Shown here piece by piece: positions 1-9,417 of a stretch of 64,000 nucleotides of DNA (position 1 is its first letter; each line of letters begins with the position of its first letter). The notes beneath the pieces were generated by a model that was given only the letters and a program-made list of their open reading frames with translations, ran no database searches and was not told the DNA's origin. Made by a program: the position numbers and the translations under genes. Source of the stretch: Bdellovibrionales bacterium (GTDB taxonomy: Bacteria > Bdellovibrionota > Bdellovibrionia > Bdellovibrionales > UBA1609); NCBI GenBank assembly GCA_965261545.1, contig CBDHDF010000007.1, forward strand, positions 160,001 through 224,000. Direction: 5' to 3'.

Positions 1-480
1 ATACCATAGGAAGGTGTTTAAGGTATTTCATAGGGTCTCCTCATAGGGATAAGGATACGAGATACTTTAAGTATCAGTAAGTATCGATGATTCATGTTTT
101 CATTATTTATTATATCGTAAATAAATGCTTGTTTTATAAGCTTTTTGAAGACTTTCTCTCCATTTTCTATACTTCTGTAATGAACTGGGAGTTCTCCATT
201 GTCCAGTGGTGTTAGGCGACAAGTGAGGGGTGAGACGAAGTGTAACCTAACTTAGCTAGTCGCTGTCGCGAAATAGACTTAAGAAGTCTTGCGATTCAGC
301 TTCAAGGTGGTTTTTTGGTAAATTATAATCTCCAATTTGTATAAATTCTTTAAAGGGATTTCTTTCCTGAAGATAGCGAGTAGAGAATTCTAGGTCAAAA
401 CGGGCAACAATTCTGATTTAAAAGTCGTTCCACTTTAGCCCGCATTTCTCACGAGCTTGTTAGCCCACTTTCGACTTTCA

Positions 481-794
481 TCAATTTCCTTTTGGGATGC
501 ACTTAATCATACATACATCTGTTCCTGGAAGTTGGCTATATATTCCCCGCTTCTGTGCTAGGATTTTGGGGTCGACAGCTGCGCAGGCGTTTTGATCGGC
601 GGCTGACGCGTTTACCCAACGTTGCGTCGATGTTCTGCCATGGTTGGCCCATCTCGCCGAGTTGTAACATCTTACTCCTATAGGTTGGTGGTTTGAATTG
701 AAACGCACTCTTGTCAAGTTGGCGGATACGACGGATGAGGAGCCGTAGGATTTTCCTTCATAAAGGTAAAGTCCTAGAGGGCAGTCGACATAAA
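481..794 (-). pseudogene. 3' part of an unknown Cys-containing protein gene, 5'-truncated by the IS21 insertion
   Basis: The first codons of ORF 481..807 lie inside the IS21 left end, which starts at 795; the rest is an open frame with no recognised homology. Confidence 0.4.
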
Positions 795-799
795 TGCAA

Positions 800-895
800 A
801 ATTTCACCTAGTTTGACCCACCCAATTTCACCTGGTTTGACCCACCCAATTTCACGAAGTTTGACCCACTGAATTTCACCAAACATTGACCCACT
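800..895. repeat. Four ~24-bp tandem repeats at the IS21 left end (probable transposase binding sites)
   Basis: AATTTCAC-N4/5-TTTGACCCAC-like unit at 800, 824, 848 and 872. Confidence 0.85.
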
Positions 896-940
896 TAGAT
901 CTTCATAGATATTCTTTCTGCGCTACGCATTAACGAGGAG

Positions 941-2464
941 GTGTCTATGGGCAAACAAGGTAAGAAAAAAGGAGCAAGAATGATCAACAATATTAAGAAA
1001 TACATAGAGCTTGGACTCAGTTCGAGACAAATAGCTCGAGCTATGGGTGTTAGTCGGAACACTGTGAAGAAGTATGTGAAGGATAGTCCCGGAGGCCCTA
1101 ACAGCCGCTCAAAGGGGTCGCATGGGCCCTACCAAGCCCCATGGTCATCCAAGGTGAATTGGACAGATGTTCGCCTCAAACAAAGCCTAGGGACTCAATT
1201 AGCTCATTACTGGGAGCGACATATTCAGTCCGAGATTGACGGTGTGAGTTATCTTTCTTTTTGGAGAGAGTTTCGTCGGAGGCACCCAAGTATAAAGCTT
1301 GATATGCACCAGACATTCACCCCTGGTGAACGGAGTGAGTTTGACTATAAGGGAAAAGACTCTTGTTTTGGCTATACAGATGCCAAGACTGGGGAGTTCA
1401 TCCAATGTCGATTATTTGGGATGATACTTCCATCGAGTCAGTTTTTCTTTCCCTGCGCCACATTAACAGAGCAGCGGGAAGATGTTTTTTCCTCCATAGC
1501 TTCTGGTTTTGAGTTTTTTGGTGGTGTGACCGGAACCATTGCTTTTGATAACGCAAAGGTTCAAGTGACAAGAGCTGATACTTATGATCCCGATATTAAC
1601 TCTGAGTTTCACCTCTTGTGTGATCACTACAATGTGGCTCCTTTGGCGATGAGGCCATCTCATCCCAAAGACAAGAGTCTTATCGAAAATACCCTTGGAG
1701 TCTTTTGGCGCTGGTCTTGGCCCCAGATAAGAGAGCGACAAATGTATTCTCTAGCAGACATCAACGCTGAGTTGAAGCATTTGGCAGCTATTTTCAATGA
1801 TCGTATTCAAAAAAAGTATGGGTTGAGTCGTCGACAGAAGTTTGAATCTTTTGAGAAGTCAAAATTGAATCCTCTTCCTGAAAGACGCTATGAGAGTGGA
1901 TTCTGGAAGCATGCCAAGGTTCATCCGGATTGTCACATTCAATATAACTACAATTTTTACTCTGTTCCTTATAAGCATCGCGGCAAGAAATTAGATATTC
2001 GTATTAGCCAACAATGCTTGGAGGTTTATTCAGAATTAGAGCGGGTGGCGATACATCACATCCCCCAGGGCAGTCGAGGGCGCTACTTTACGACAAAATC
2101 TCATCTCCCTGAGTCCCACCGGGCCATTTTAGAGCAAACGCCACAAAATGTACTTAAAGAGGCATCAAGCCTTGGAGAAAGCATTCACAAAGTTGCCGAG
2201 CGGCTTATCAAAGAGCCTCGCCATCCGCTTATGTATCTTCGTCGTGTTCAGGGGATACTCAATCTAAGAAAACGGTATTCAACAGCTTCTTTGGAGCAGG
2301 CTTGCTCATTTTTTGTAGATGCAGCTTTAAGTGACATTAGGGTTCGTGGAGTTGAGAAAGTCATTTCAGCAAAAAGTCATCGAAAAGAGGAGCCAAGAGT
2401 CTGCCGTCAACCTAATGAAAATTTAAGAGGTTCAGAGCACTGGGAGAATGCTTGCCGCCACTAA
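941..2464 (+). CDS. istA: IS21 transposase IstA
   Basis: N-terminal HTH (SSRQIARAMGVSRNTVKKY), PGERSEFDY, FDNAK, PKDKSLIE DDE motifs, YSVP motif. Confidence 0.95.
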   Translation: MSMGKQGKKKGARMINNIKKYIELGLSSRQIARAMGVSRNTVKKYVKDSPGGPNSRSKGSHGPYQAPWSSKVNWTDVRLKQSLGTQLAHYWERHIQSEIDGVSYLSFWREFRRRHPSIKLDMHQTFTPGERSEFDYKGKDSCFGYTDAKTGEFIQCRLFGMILPSSQFFFPCATLTEQREDVFSSIASGFEFFGGVTGTIAFDNAKVQVTRADTYDPDINSEFHLLCDHYNVAPLAMRPSHPKDKSLIENTLGVFWRWSWPQIRERQMYSLADINAELKHLAAIFNDRIQKKYGLSRRQKFESFEKSKLNPLPERRYESGFWKHAKVHPDCHIQYNYNFYSVPYKHRGKKLDIRISQQCLEVYSELERVAIHHIPQGSRGRYFTTKSHLPESHRAILEQTPQNVLKEASSLGESIHKVAERLIKEPRHPLMYLRRVQGILNLRKRYSTASLEQACSFFVDAALSDIRVRGVEKVISAKSHRKEEPRVCRQPNENLRGSEHWENACRH

Positions 2465-2545
2465 TCACATAGCCCCGGTGGGTGGTTCTCAACCACCTAA
2501 CGGGTCATTTTGACCTCCATAAGAGAGGTCGTATAGGAGAAGAAA

Positions 2546-3274
2546 ATGATTAAACAAACAGAAAATTTATTAGAGATATTAAAAATGAGGGGAGTTTTAG
2601 CAACCTTGAGCCAGAGGCTCAAAGAAGCTGAGGAGCAGGATCTTGGTTACGAGGACTTTCTAAATGTCATCTTTGAGGACGAAAAAATCCATCGTGACAA
2701 TCAGAAGGTCTTAAGACTTATCAAAAGAGCAGCTTTGAAGCAAAAAGCAAGCCTTGAGGCCTTTGAAACCAAGCCCAGCCGAGGAGTCGATCGAAGAGTT
2801 TTGAGTGATCTAGCCCTTATGAGATTTGCTCAAAGAGGTCAAAATATAATTATCTCTGGCCCAACAGGTGTTGGAAAGTCATATTTGGCTTGTGCCATAG
2901 GCAATCACGCCTGTCGCCAGGGTTTTTCCACTCAGTTCTTCAGAATGAATACTCTTGTTGAAAAATTCAACTTAGAAAGAGCCCAGGGGACATATCTAAA
3001 CTTCCTTAAAAGGCTAAAATCAATCTCTATACTTGTGTTGGATGACTTTGGTATCAAACCCCTTACCTCCAGCCAATATCAAGACCTTTACGATGTGATT
3101 GATGAACGAGGCCCTGACCTGAGCCTCATTCTTACAACCCAACTTCCAATAAAAAATTGGAGTGAAGTCATTGGGGATCCCATCGTTTGTGAAGCTATTA
3201 TGGATCGCATAACCTCTCAAGCTATCAAAATAGCCATGTCTGGAAGCTCATTTAGGCAGAGAAAGACGATTTAA
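2546..3274 (+). CDS. istB: IS21 helper AAA+ ATPase IstB
   Basis: Walker A GPTGVGKS, Walker B LVLDDFG, AIMDRI. Confidence 0.95.
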   Translation: MIKQTENLLEILKMRGVLATLSQRLKEAEEQDLGYEDFLNVIFEDEKIHRDNQKVLRLIKRAALKQKASLEAFETKPSRGVDRRVLSDLALMRFAQRGQNIIISGPTGVGKSYLACAIGNHACRQGFSTQFFRMNTLVEKFNLERAQGTYLNFLKRLKSISILVLDDFGIKPLTSSQYQDLYDVIDERGPDLSLILTTQLPIKNWSEVIGDPIVCEAIMDRITSQAIKIAMSGSSFRQRKTI

Positions 3275-3350
3275 GGAGAATCCATGCAAAAGCAGACCTT
3301 AGAAGACACCATCAGAAGACACTCCATCGGAACTATTGAATCATGTACCC

Positions 3351-3448
3351 GCCAGTTATCCACAAAATTTACCCACGGCAGCGCTGCGTTGATAGACATC
3401 GGGGTCACAGACGCAGCGTCACCATGGATAAATTTGTGGATAACTGGC
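3351..3448. repeat. ~98-bp imperfect palindrome with DnaA-box-like 9-mers, copy 1
   Basis: GCCAGTTATCCACA...TGTGGATAACTGGC; related copies at 26332 and 62319. Confidence 0.85.
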
Positions 3449-3729
3449 TCGCTATTCTCTGCCATTTTGAGCCATGGGTTCAACATCCCCATCGAAAAAC
3501 CCTCCATTGAAACCTCAAAAATGGGAAGGGCCGAGATTCTCAATGACAAAGTGGCCAATTTTAGTTGGCATCTAACATTCTGGCAAATAAGCCTTAACCC
3601 ACCGTTGGGACATCGTGACATTGAGGGTGTAAAAGTTACTGAGTCAGCAGAAAAAAGAAGGTTTAAATTGACAAAGTTTGAGCCACCGTGAAATTCAAAA
3701 TTGGACCTCAAATTGACTGACTGAGGGGT

Positions 3730-5146
3730 CAATGCCGTTTCCTTAAGCCACCACACCCCTCTGCCTCTGCGTTAAGCTATTTCTTTTAAAAGAACTCCCA
3801 GCCCTTTTGATAGACCTTTCATAGCTTCTTTTGAAGTGCCTCCTCTTCTCCATTGAAATCTTCATCAGCAACTTTATCTGCTTCCTAAATTTCTGATAGA
3901 GCCCCGCAACAAAAAGAGGGATGCTATCCATTATGAAATCAAGAATCAGTTTAAAGTTAGGTTTTTTGTAGTCATTTTTCACCAACTGATTCACACTGTC
4001 TTCATCCTCATTTATGCTCATTTGAATCTTTGTATAATTGAAGAGCCAAAAATAAGAATACAGCTCTTGCAATATTCCATTAAGGCTTGTTGAGTGCCAC
4101 TGCTCCATTTTCATTGTCGATGTAAAATCACGAAATGTCGTTTCTATTTCCCAACGACGAGAGTAAAGAGCAACCATATCCTTCTTGTCCAAGGAGCCAT
4201 GCGGAAGATTAGTGGCCAAAACAGAGAACTCCCCAGTCTTTGGGTTTTTATACTTATAGAGATGAATGACCACCCCCTCAATAACCATTTGTGAATACCA
4301 ACCTGGGCCATTAAATAAATTTACGATGGGGATAAAAGTAGAGCCTCGCTTACAACGCGCAATAAAGAAGTTACTGGCTTGAGCATGGGCCTTAATAATC
4401 TCTGTAGATAAATAAAGCCTATCGTAGAGAGTTATGCTATTACTCTCAAAACTACCTATCATTTGAATAGCATTGGCGATTTCGTTGAGAGCGGGAGAAT
4501 AGCAAAGATTCTTTGTCACACCCGATAAAACGTCATAAGCATGAGATAGATACATACGTAAGAAATGAGTTTCCATCTCATTTGGGCAAGGGTACCCACA
4601 ATAACCCTCCTTTAAAAGATCTTTAGAGCGAGGAAGTGCTAATTGGTCGCCATCTATGGCATAGATATAAAAACCATGAAACGTTTTTCTCAATGGTTCG
4701 TAGTCTGTAATCAGAGATTCAAAGATATCTTTGAAAAATAGGTAAGAAATACTTTGACGTATCTTGCTGAGACTGCTTTTGACTGGCATGAGAAGCAGGT
4801 CACCAAAATGAGTCCATACCGTCTTAAGAGCGATTTGGTAGCCTTCGTAATTTGTTCCTGAAATAAGATAGATAATGGTAAAAAAGAAAATTTGAGGATT
4901 AAATTTTCGATTCCTTTTTTGTTTTTCTGGATCGACAAGGTGCTCTGGCTTGAAGGAAGAATCAAGTTTTGGTAGAATAAAATGGTCATCTGTGACGCGA
5001 ACTCGTCATTTGGGGGCTTTCGAGATCAATATTGGATTGCATGTGACTTACTCCTTGGTTGAGGGTTGGGTGTAAAATAAAACAAGTCTTATTCTTGTCG
5101 ATTTATCTAATGATTTCAAGAGATTTTTCTTAAGGAAACGGCATTG
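3730..5146 (-). mobile_element. IS4-family element, copy 1 (no TSD)
   Basis: Perfect 18-bp IRs CAATGCCGTTTCCTTAAG (3730) and CTTAAGGAAACGGCATTG (5129-5146); near-identical to the copy at 9405. Confidence 0.9.
3743..5042 (-). CDS. IS4-family DDE transposase; the RBS-linked start (5042) is out of frame with the main frame (3743..5005)
   Basis: AIDGD, YDRLY, YSRRWEIETTFRDF (YREK-like); AAGGAG upstream of ATG 5042 opens only 18 codons. Confidence 0.8.
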
Positions 5147-5234
5147 CCCCCTGAATAGATAGAGCCTGTAAACTATTTTGTGTAACTGCCGAATCATATT
5201 AGGATGAACTATCATCCTGAAAGGAGAAGGCAGA

Positions 5235-7063
5235 ATGGATATCAAGACAATGTGTGCCACGAAGTCACGGAGGTGACATGCTGATGTGAAGATGGAGGTA
5301 GGTCCTCCGCACTCGGATTTCAGGATTTGAGTGCAAACAACCTTGCTGCTGCATGGGAGGCAAGGCCCTTGTAGTGAGCGAGCAAGGAAAAGGCCGTAGT
5401 AAACGGTCATGTAAGTACTAGGGAGATGAGCGAAAGCAAACCCACCGACGACGCATCGAAAGATTAACAGTCGCGTCAAAACCGAAGGAAGGTTGTCTCC
5501 GTCGGGATAAGTCTAGAGGAAGCCTGATGACCGATCTAGACGGCGTGCGGTGTATAGGGGGCATGAACCTAGTACAGGCTTCGTATCGGAACGTGGGAAC
5601 CTGCTGGTGGATGATAAGGGAAACGCTATAAGGGAGACCCCCGAAGTGCTAAATACCGATGCCACCAACCAGGGGCAGAGTGATTCGTAGTAGTGATGAA
5701 GTTCTTGTAATGAGAATGGAGCGAAGGGGTCACATGATTTATGGAAGTAGTCAGGCCAACTTGGTTATGCTGAGGAGGAGCCTAATGAAACGGAAAATCA
5801 TAGGAGCCGTGTGAGGGGAGACTTTCAAGCACGGTTCTGTGAGGGGCAGTGGGGGAAGTTCCCACTGCCTACTCGATAGGCAAGGAACTAGCGAAGAACG
5901 TCAAGACCCAAAAGGATTTATCCGACATAACGGGTCAACTGATGAAGGTTGTTTTAGAGACAGCTCTTAATGCGGAAATGGACGATCACCTAGGTTATGA
6001 GAGGCATGAGAAGTCTGAGACCCGCAAATCCAACACTCGCAATGGTTACAGTAGAAAGACCATAAAGGGAGAGAAAGGCGAGGTGGAGCTTCAGGTCCCC
6101 CGTGACCGAAGTGCCTCCTTTGAGCCCCAAGTCATTCCCAAAGGCAAGACTCGTCTTGAGGGCTTTGAAGACAGTATTCTGACCCTCTATGCGAGGGGAA
6201 TGACGACCAGGGATATTCAAGGAGCTATCAAAGACCTCTACCATGGTGCAGAGATATCCCACTCAGTGATAGCCAACGTGACGGATGCTGTTATTGATGA
6301 AGTTACGGCTTGGCAGAACCGCCCCTTGGATAGCACTTACCCTATCGTATTTTTGGACTGTATCGTGGTGAAGGTCCATCAAGACAAGAGAGTTATTAAT
6401 AAGGCGATTTACCTAGCTCTTGGTATTACAGAGGAGGGTCAGAAAGACTTGTTGGGCCTATGGATTTCTGAAAATGAGGGTTCAAAGTTTTGGTTGAGTG
6501 TTTTGACTGAGCTGCAAAATCGAGGGTTGAAAGACGTATTTATATTTTCTGTAGATGGTCTTACAGGTTTTCCTCAAGCCATTTCAGCGGCTTTTCCCAA
6601 GTCTAAAGTGCAACTGTGCATTGTCCATATGGTCCGCAATTCCCTTCGCTATGTTCCTTCCAAGGATATGAAAGCTGTCGCCCAAGACCTCAAGTCCATT
6701 TATGGCTCTACGACTCTGACAGAAGCTGAAAAGGCCCTTGAGGAATTTTGTACCAAGTGGTCTTCCAAGTATCCGAATATTGAAAAGTCTTGGCGTAGGA
6801 ATTGGGACAATCTCATCACTATTTTCGATTATCCGGATGAAATCAGAAAGATTTTTTATACCACAAACGCCATAGAGTCGTTAAATAGCGTGATCCGCAA
6901 GGCGATCAGAAATCGTAAGATATTTCCCAGTGATCGGTCGGCTTTAAAAGTTGTATATTTAGCGATAAAAATGGCCTCTAAGCGATGGACACGACCATTA
7001 CACAACTGGAAGCCAGCCATGAACAGGTTTGCCATTGAATACGGTGACCGTTTTGACAACTAA
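5235..7063 (+). CDS. IS256 transposase, join(5235..5251,5878..7063), 400 aa after splicing
   Basis: AAGGAG RBS and ATG at 5235; spliced N-terminus MDIKTIGKELAK; NTRNGY, VPRDR, FLDCI, DGLTGF, CIVH, TTNAIESLN motifs. Confidence 0.9.
5252..5877 (+). ncRNA. ORF-less group II intron (IIB-like), 626 nt
   Basis: 5' GTGTG; 34-nt domain V GAGCCGTGTGAGGGGAGACTTTCAAGCACGGTTC (5804-5837) with AGC triad; domain VI hairpin with bulged A (5871); 3' AT; EBS1 GTTGTC (5492-5497) in a hairpin loop complementary to exon IBS1 GACAAT. Confidence 0.92.
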
Positions 7064-7152
7064 GTTTTTTAATAAATAAGGTCCCCTTATAAGAGGGCTT
7101 AAAAGCCCTCTTAGGCGTTGACAGAAATGCTGGAATACGAGACTATGGTTAA

Positions 7153-7343
7153 GGGTAATATAGTATGGGAACCTAAATACATGCCCTCTTGGGCAGACTT
7201 GGGTTTCCATTTTTTTTCATATTTCATCCCAATGCTGGTATTTCTCGAATATCCCAAGTTAAAAAAAATAAAAAAAGGGGGTAATATAGTATGGGAACCT
7301 AAACACATGAACCCTTTGATGAGATTGGAATTTCCATTTTTTT
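7153..7343. repeat. Two ~65-bp imperfect direct repeats (126-bp period) in the IS256 3' region
   Basis: GGGTAATATAGTATGGGAACCTAAAYACATG...TTTCCATTTTTT at 7153 and 7279. Confidence 0.8.
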
Positions 7344-7506
7344 GAGAGAGCTATTGCTGATTTTTTTCCAACCAAGATGATAATTATTTATTTGAGTTCT
7401 TTCCAGTTCTGATATGATCCCATTACGGCTCCATGAGGTGGACCCCAATGTCAGACTGAAAAACTTGATTTTTAAGCTACACCACAGCGCACAAAGAAGC
7501 CCCGTG

Positions 7507-8355
7507 TTAATGTGTTAAATCCACCTCTCCCATATGCACCTGATAAGGGGTGCAATCCTGAAGAGACTGGTGTGGCCTTTTATTATTATAAAAATTAAAA
7601 TACGTTTTAAAACCTTTGTTGGCTTGAACCATTGATTTGTCTTGATAGCCTTTCAAGTAAACCTCTTCGTACTTAACAGACCGCCAAAGCCGCTCGATCA
7701 TAATGTTGTCTAAACACCTGCCTTTGCCGTCCATACTGATCGAGATTCCATGATTTTTCAATAATTTTGTGAAAACCTCAGAAGTGAATTGGCACCCTTG
7801 ATCAGTATTGACGATATCAGGGCAACCAAATGTTTCTATGGCTTCCTCAAAGACTTCTAAACAAAAAGTTGTCTCAAGGCTATTAGAAAGTCTCCAAGAC
7901 AGAACAAATCGGCTAAACCAATCTATCACAGCTACCAAGTAAGCAAAGCCACCAGACAACCTTATAAAAGTAATATCAGTAGCCCACACTTGGTTGGGGG
8001 AGCAGATATTAAGCCCCTTAAGTAGGTAGGGATAAACCTTATGCTGATGGTTTCGCTGACTGGTGTTTGGACCTGGGAAGATAGCGAAAAGACACATCTT
8101 TTCCATGAGCCGCTGAATCCTCTTGCGGTTGACCCCATGGCCATTAAGTCTTAAGTGAGCTGCCATTTTACGGCTCCCATAAAAAGGGGTCTCCAAGTAC
8201 TGTTTGTCAATTAAACTCATCAGTTTTAAGTTGTAGGCACTCTCAGGTATGGGCTTGTAGTACAAGGCTCCCTTAGAGAGTCCTAGCAACTCACATTGGC
8301 GAGTGACACAAATATTTGGATGTTTCCAATTGATAGCGGCTTTTTTCTCAGGCAT
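7507..8355 (-). CDS. IS3 OrfB (rve integrase core)
   Basis: [37 protein letters not shown]. Confidence 0.95.
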   Translation of the reverse strand: MPEKKAAINWKHPNICVTRQCELLGLSKGALYYKPIPESAYNLKLMSLIDKQYLETPFYGSRKMAAHLRLNGHGVNRKRIQRLMEKMCLFAIFPGPNTSQRNHQHKVYPYLLKGLNICSPNQVWATDITFIRLSGGFAYLVAVIDWFSRFVLSWRLSNSLETTFCLEVFEEAIETFGCPDIVNTDQGCQFTSEVFTKLLKNHGISISMDGKGRCLDNIMIERLWRSVKYEEVYLKGYQDKSMVQANKGFKTYFNFYNNKRPHQSLQDCTPYQVHMGEVDLTH

Positions 8356-8638
8356 TGAAGCTCTCAGATTTTTTTTTTAACCAATCATTTTCAACCTTTA
8401 ACTGCCCTATTTGCCGATACAATTCATCAATGGTTTTTCTTTGTTCTTCTACCTCGTTGTTGTCCTTTTTTTTGCTCGCTAAGGCCTTAGGAATGGCTTC
8501 AATAGCTTGCTTCTTCCAATCTTGGATTTGGATGCGGTGAACTCCATGCTTGGAGGCCAACTCTGCCATTGTGTCAGTCTCACGAATGGCGTCAAGTGCG
8601 ACTCTGGCCTTAAATTGTGCGCTGTGTTTCTTTCTCAT
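8348..8638 (-). CDS. IS3 OrfA (HTH)
   Basis: [14 protein letters not shown]...[12 protein letters not shown]10 run near the end. Confidence 0.93.
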   Translation of the reverse strand: MRKKHSAQFKARVALDAIRETDTMAELASKHGVHRIQIQDWKKQAIEAIPKALASKKKDNNEVEEQRKTIDELYRQIGQLKVENDWLKKKSESFNA

Positions 8639-9076
8639 TATCCCCTCCTATGAGGGGCTTTTTACCCGCTGCGGTGTAACTTAGCAACCAGTCTGTTTTT
8701 GGGGTCCACTATACCATCTCCCCATTAAATTATAATGCATTGTGACTGACAAAATCGCTTGAAGGAAAAAATGTCAATTATACATTGACGAATAATATGG
8801 AGCTGTGCTTTTTACCAGGAGTGGAGCCACATAAGTGGCTTTAAGATTTAAGAAAAAAATTGCAGTTACACAATTATTTTTACAGTCCCAATAGATACAA
8901 TATCACAATGAATGAGACATATAGGATTTTTTCTTGACTCTATTGCGGTTTGAGTAGCCTTAGGCCAAAGATACCACAGGAGGATGAGCTAACTGCACAA
9001 TCAGAACTTAACGCACTCCTAAACTTGAATATGGTTAACAAAAAGTAAGAAAAGATGGTCTAAATAAAGTATTGGA

Positions 9077-9262
9077 TCACACCTTCCACAAATGGCTGGT
9101 TTTAACCCTCCCTCCCATCGGTGCTCTGTCCGCAGTACCAAGTCCATTAATTACGTGTAGCTCCAGATTCACTTTTGGAGATTTGTAGACACAATTTTGA
9201 AATAGAAATAATGGTATGGAAAAAAAGAGAATTAATAAGACAATTTGTATTTTCCTTTTCAT
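9077..9262 (-). CDS. Small hypothetical protein with an FQNC lipoprotein-like signal, possibly a remnant
   Basis: MKRKIQIVLLILFFSIPLFLFQNC preceded by a GGAGG RBS. Confidence 0.35.
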   Translation of the reverse strand: MKRKIQIVLLILFFSIPLFLFQNCVYKSPKVNLELHVINGLGTADRAPMGGRVKTSHLWKV

Positions 9263-9417
9263 TGTGACCTCCGTACGTATTGGGTCAAAAGTAAAGTGAC
9301 TTATCACTTTTATTATAACAATCTGATATGCTTGGGTCAATATAAACCTTACTCGCAATATTGTATTTGCAACATTTCATGCAATTGTTTCATTCACTAT
9401 GACTCAATGCCGTTTCC

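Larger units (their letters stand above)
795..3729 (+). mobile_element. IS21-family element (istA-istB), right end lost at the IS4 junction
   Basis: TG start at 795, tandem left-end repeats, istA/istB pair; no complete right-end repeat array or TSD before the IS4 IR at 3730. Confidence 0.85.
7434..8713 (-). mobile_element. IS3-family element, copy 1, nested in IS256
   Basis: Ends TGAGGTGGACCCC and GGGGTCCACTATA; 3-bp TSD CCA. Confidence 0.92.
5162..8889 (+). mobile_element. IS256-family element carrying a group II intron and a nested IS3
   Basis: IRs GAGCCTGTAAACTATTTTGTGTAACTGC (5162) and GCAGTTACACAATTATTTTTACAGTCCC (ends 8889); 8-bp TSD AATAGATA at 5154-5161 and 8890-8897. Confidence 0.92.

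Noticed and set aside
210..224. TGTTAGGCGACAAGT resembling the IS21 b terminus at 62014
   Set aside because: A 13/15 match only, with no internal repeats or transposase following.
481..807. Similarity (FCIYV, G.RCY) to the protein at 30682..31149
   Set aside because: FC derives from the IS21 end and the remaining match is too short.
800..895. 24-bp repeats as a CRISPR array or iterons
   Set aside because: No spacers; position and form match IS21 terminal repeats.
3351..3448. DnaA-box cluster as oriC
   Set aside because: It is inside an IS, repeated in other IS, and has no dnaA/gidA context or unwinding element.
3271..3756. Overlapping 161-aa and 135-aa ORFs after istB
   Set aside because: They run through the palindrome, lack recognisable motifs, and one starts within IS4. 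The plus-strand ORF has an RBS, so a passenger gene is not fully excluded.
5048..5479. 143-aa ORF as an intron-encoded protein
   Set aside because: Antisense to the intron, spans three elements, and has no RT motifs.
5440..5480. EBS2-IBS2 pairing for the intron
   Set aside because: No convincing complement to the upstream exon was found by eye in the expected loop.
5849..5877. ORF-track start of the IS256 transposase (MGEVPTAYS)
   Set aside because: It lies inside intron domain VI; the RBS-ATG start is at 5235.
7153..7343. Mini-CRISPR
   Set aside because: Only two units, a 95-bp interval that is itself partly repeated, and no cas genes in the window.
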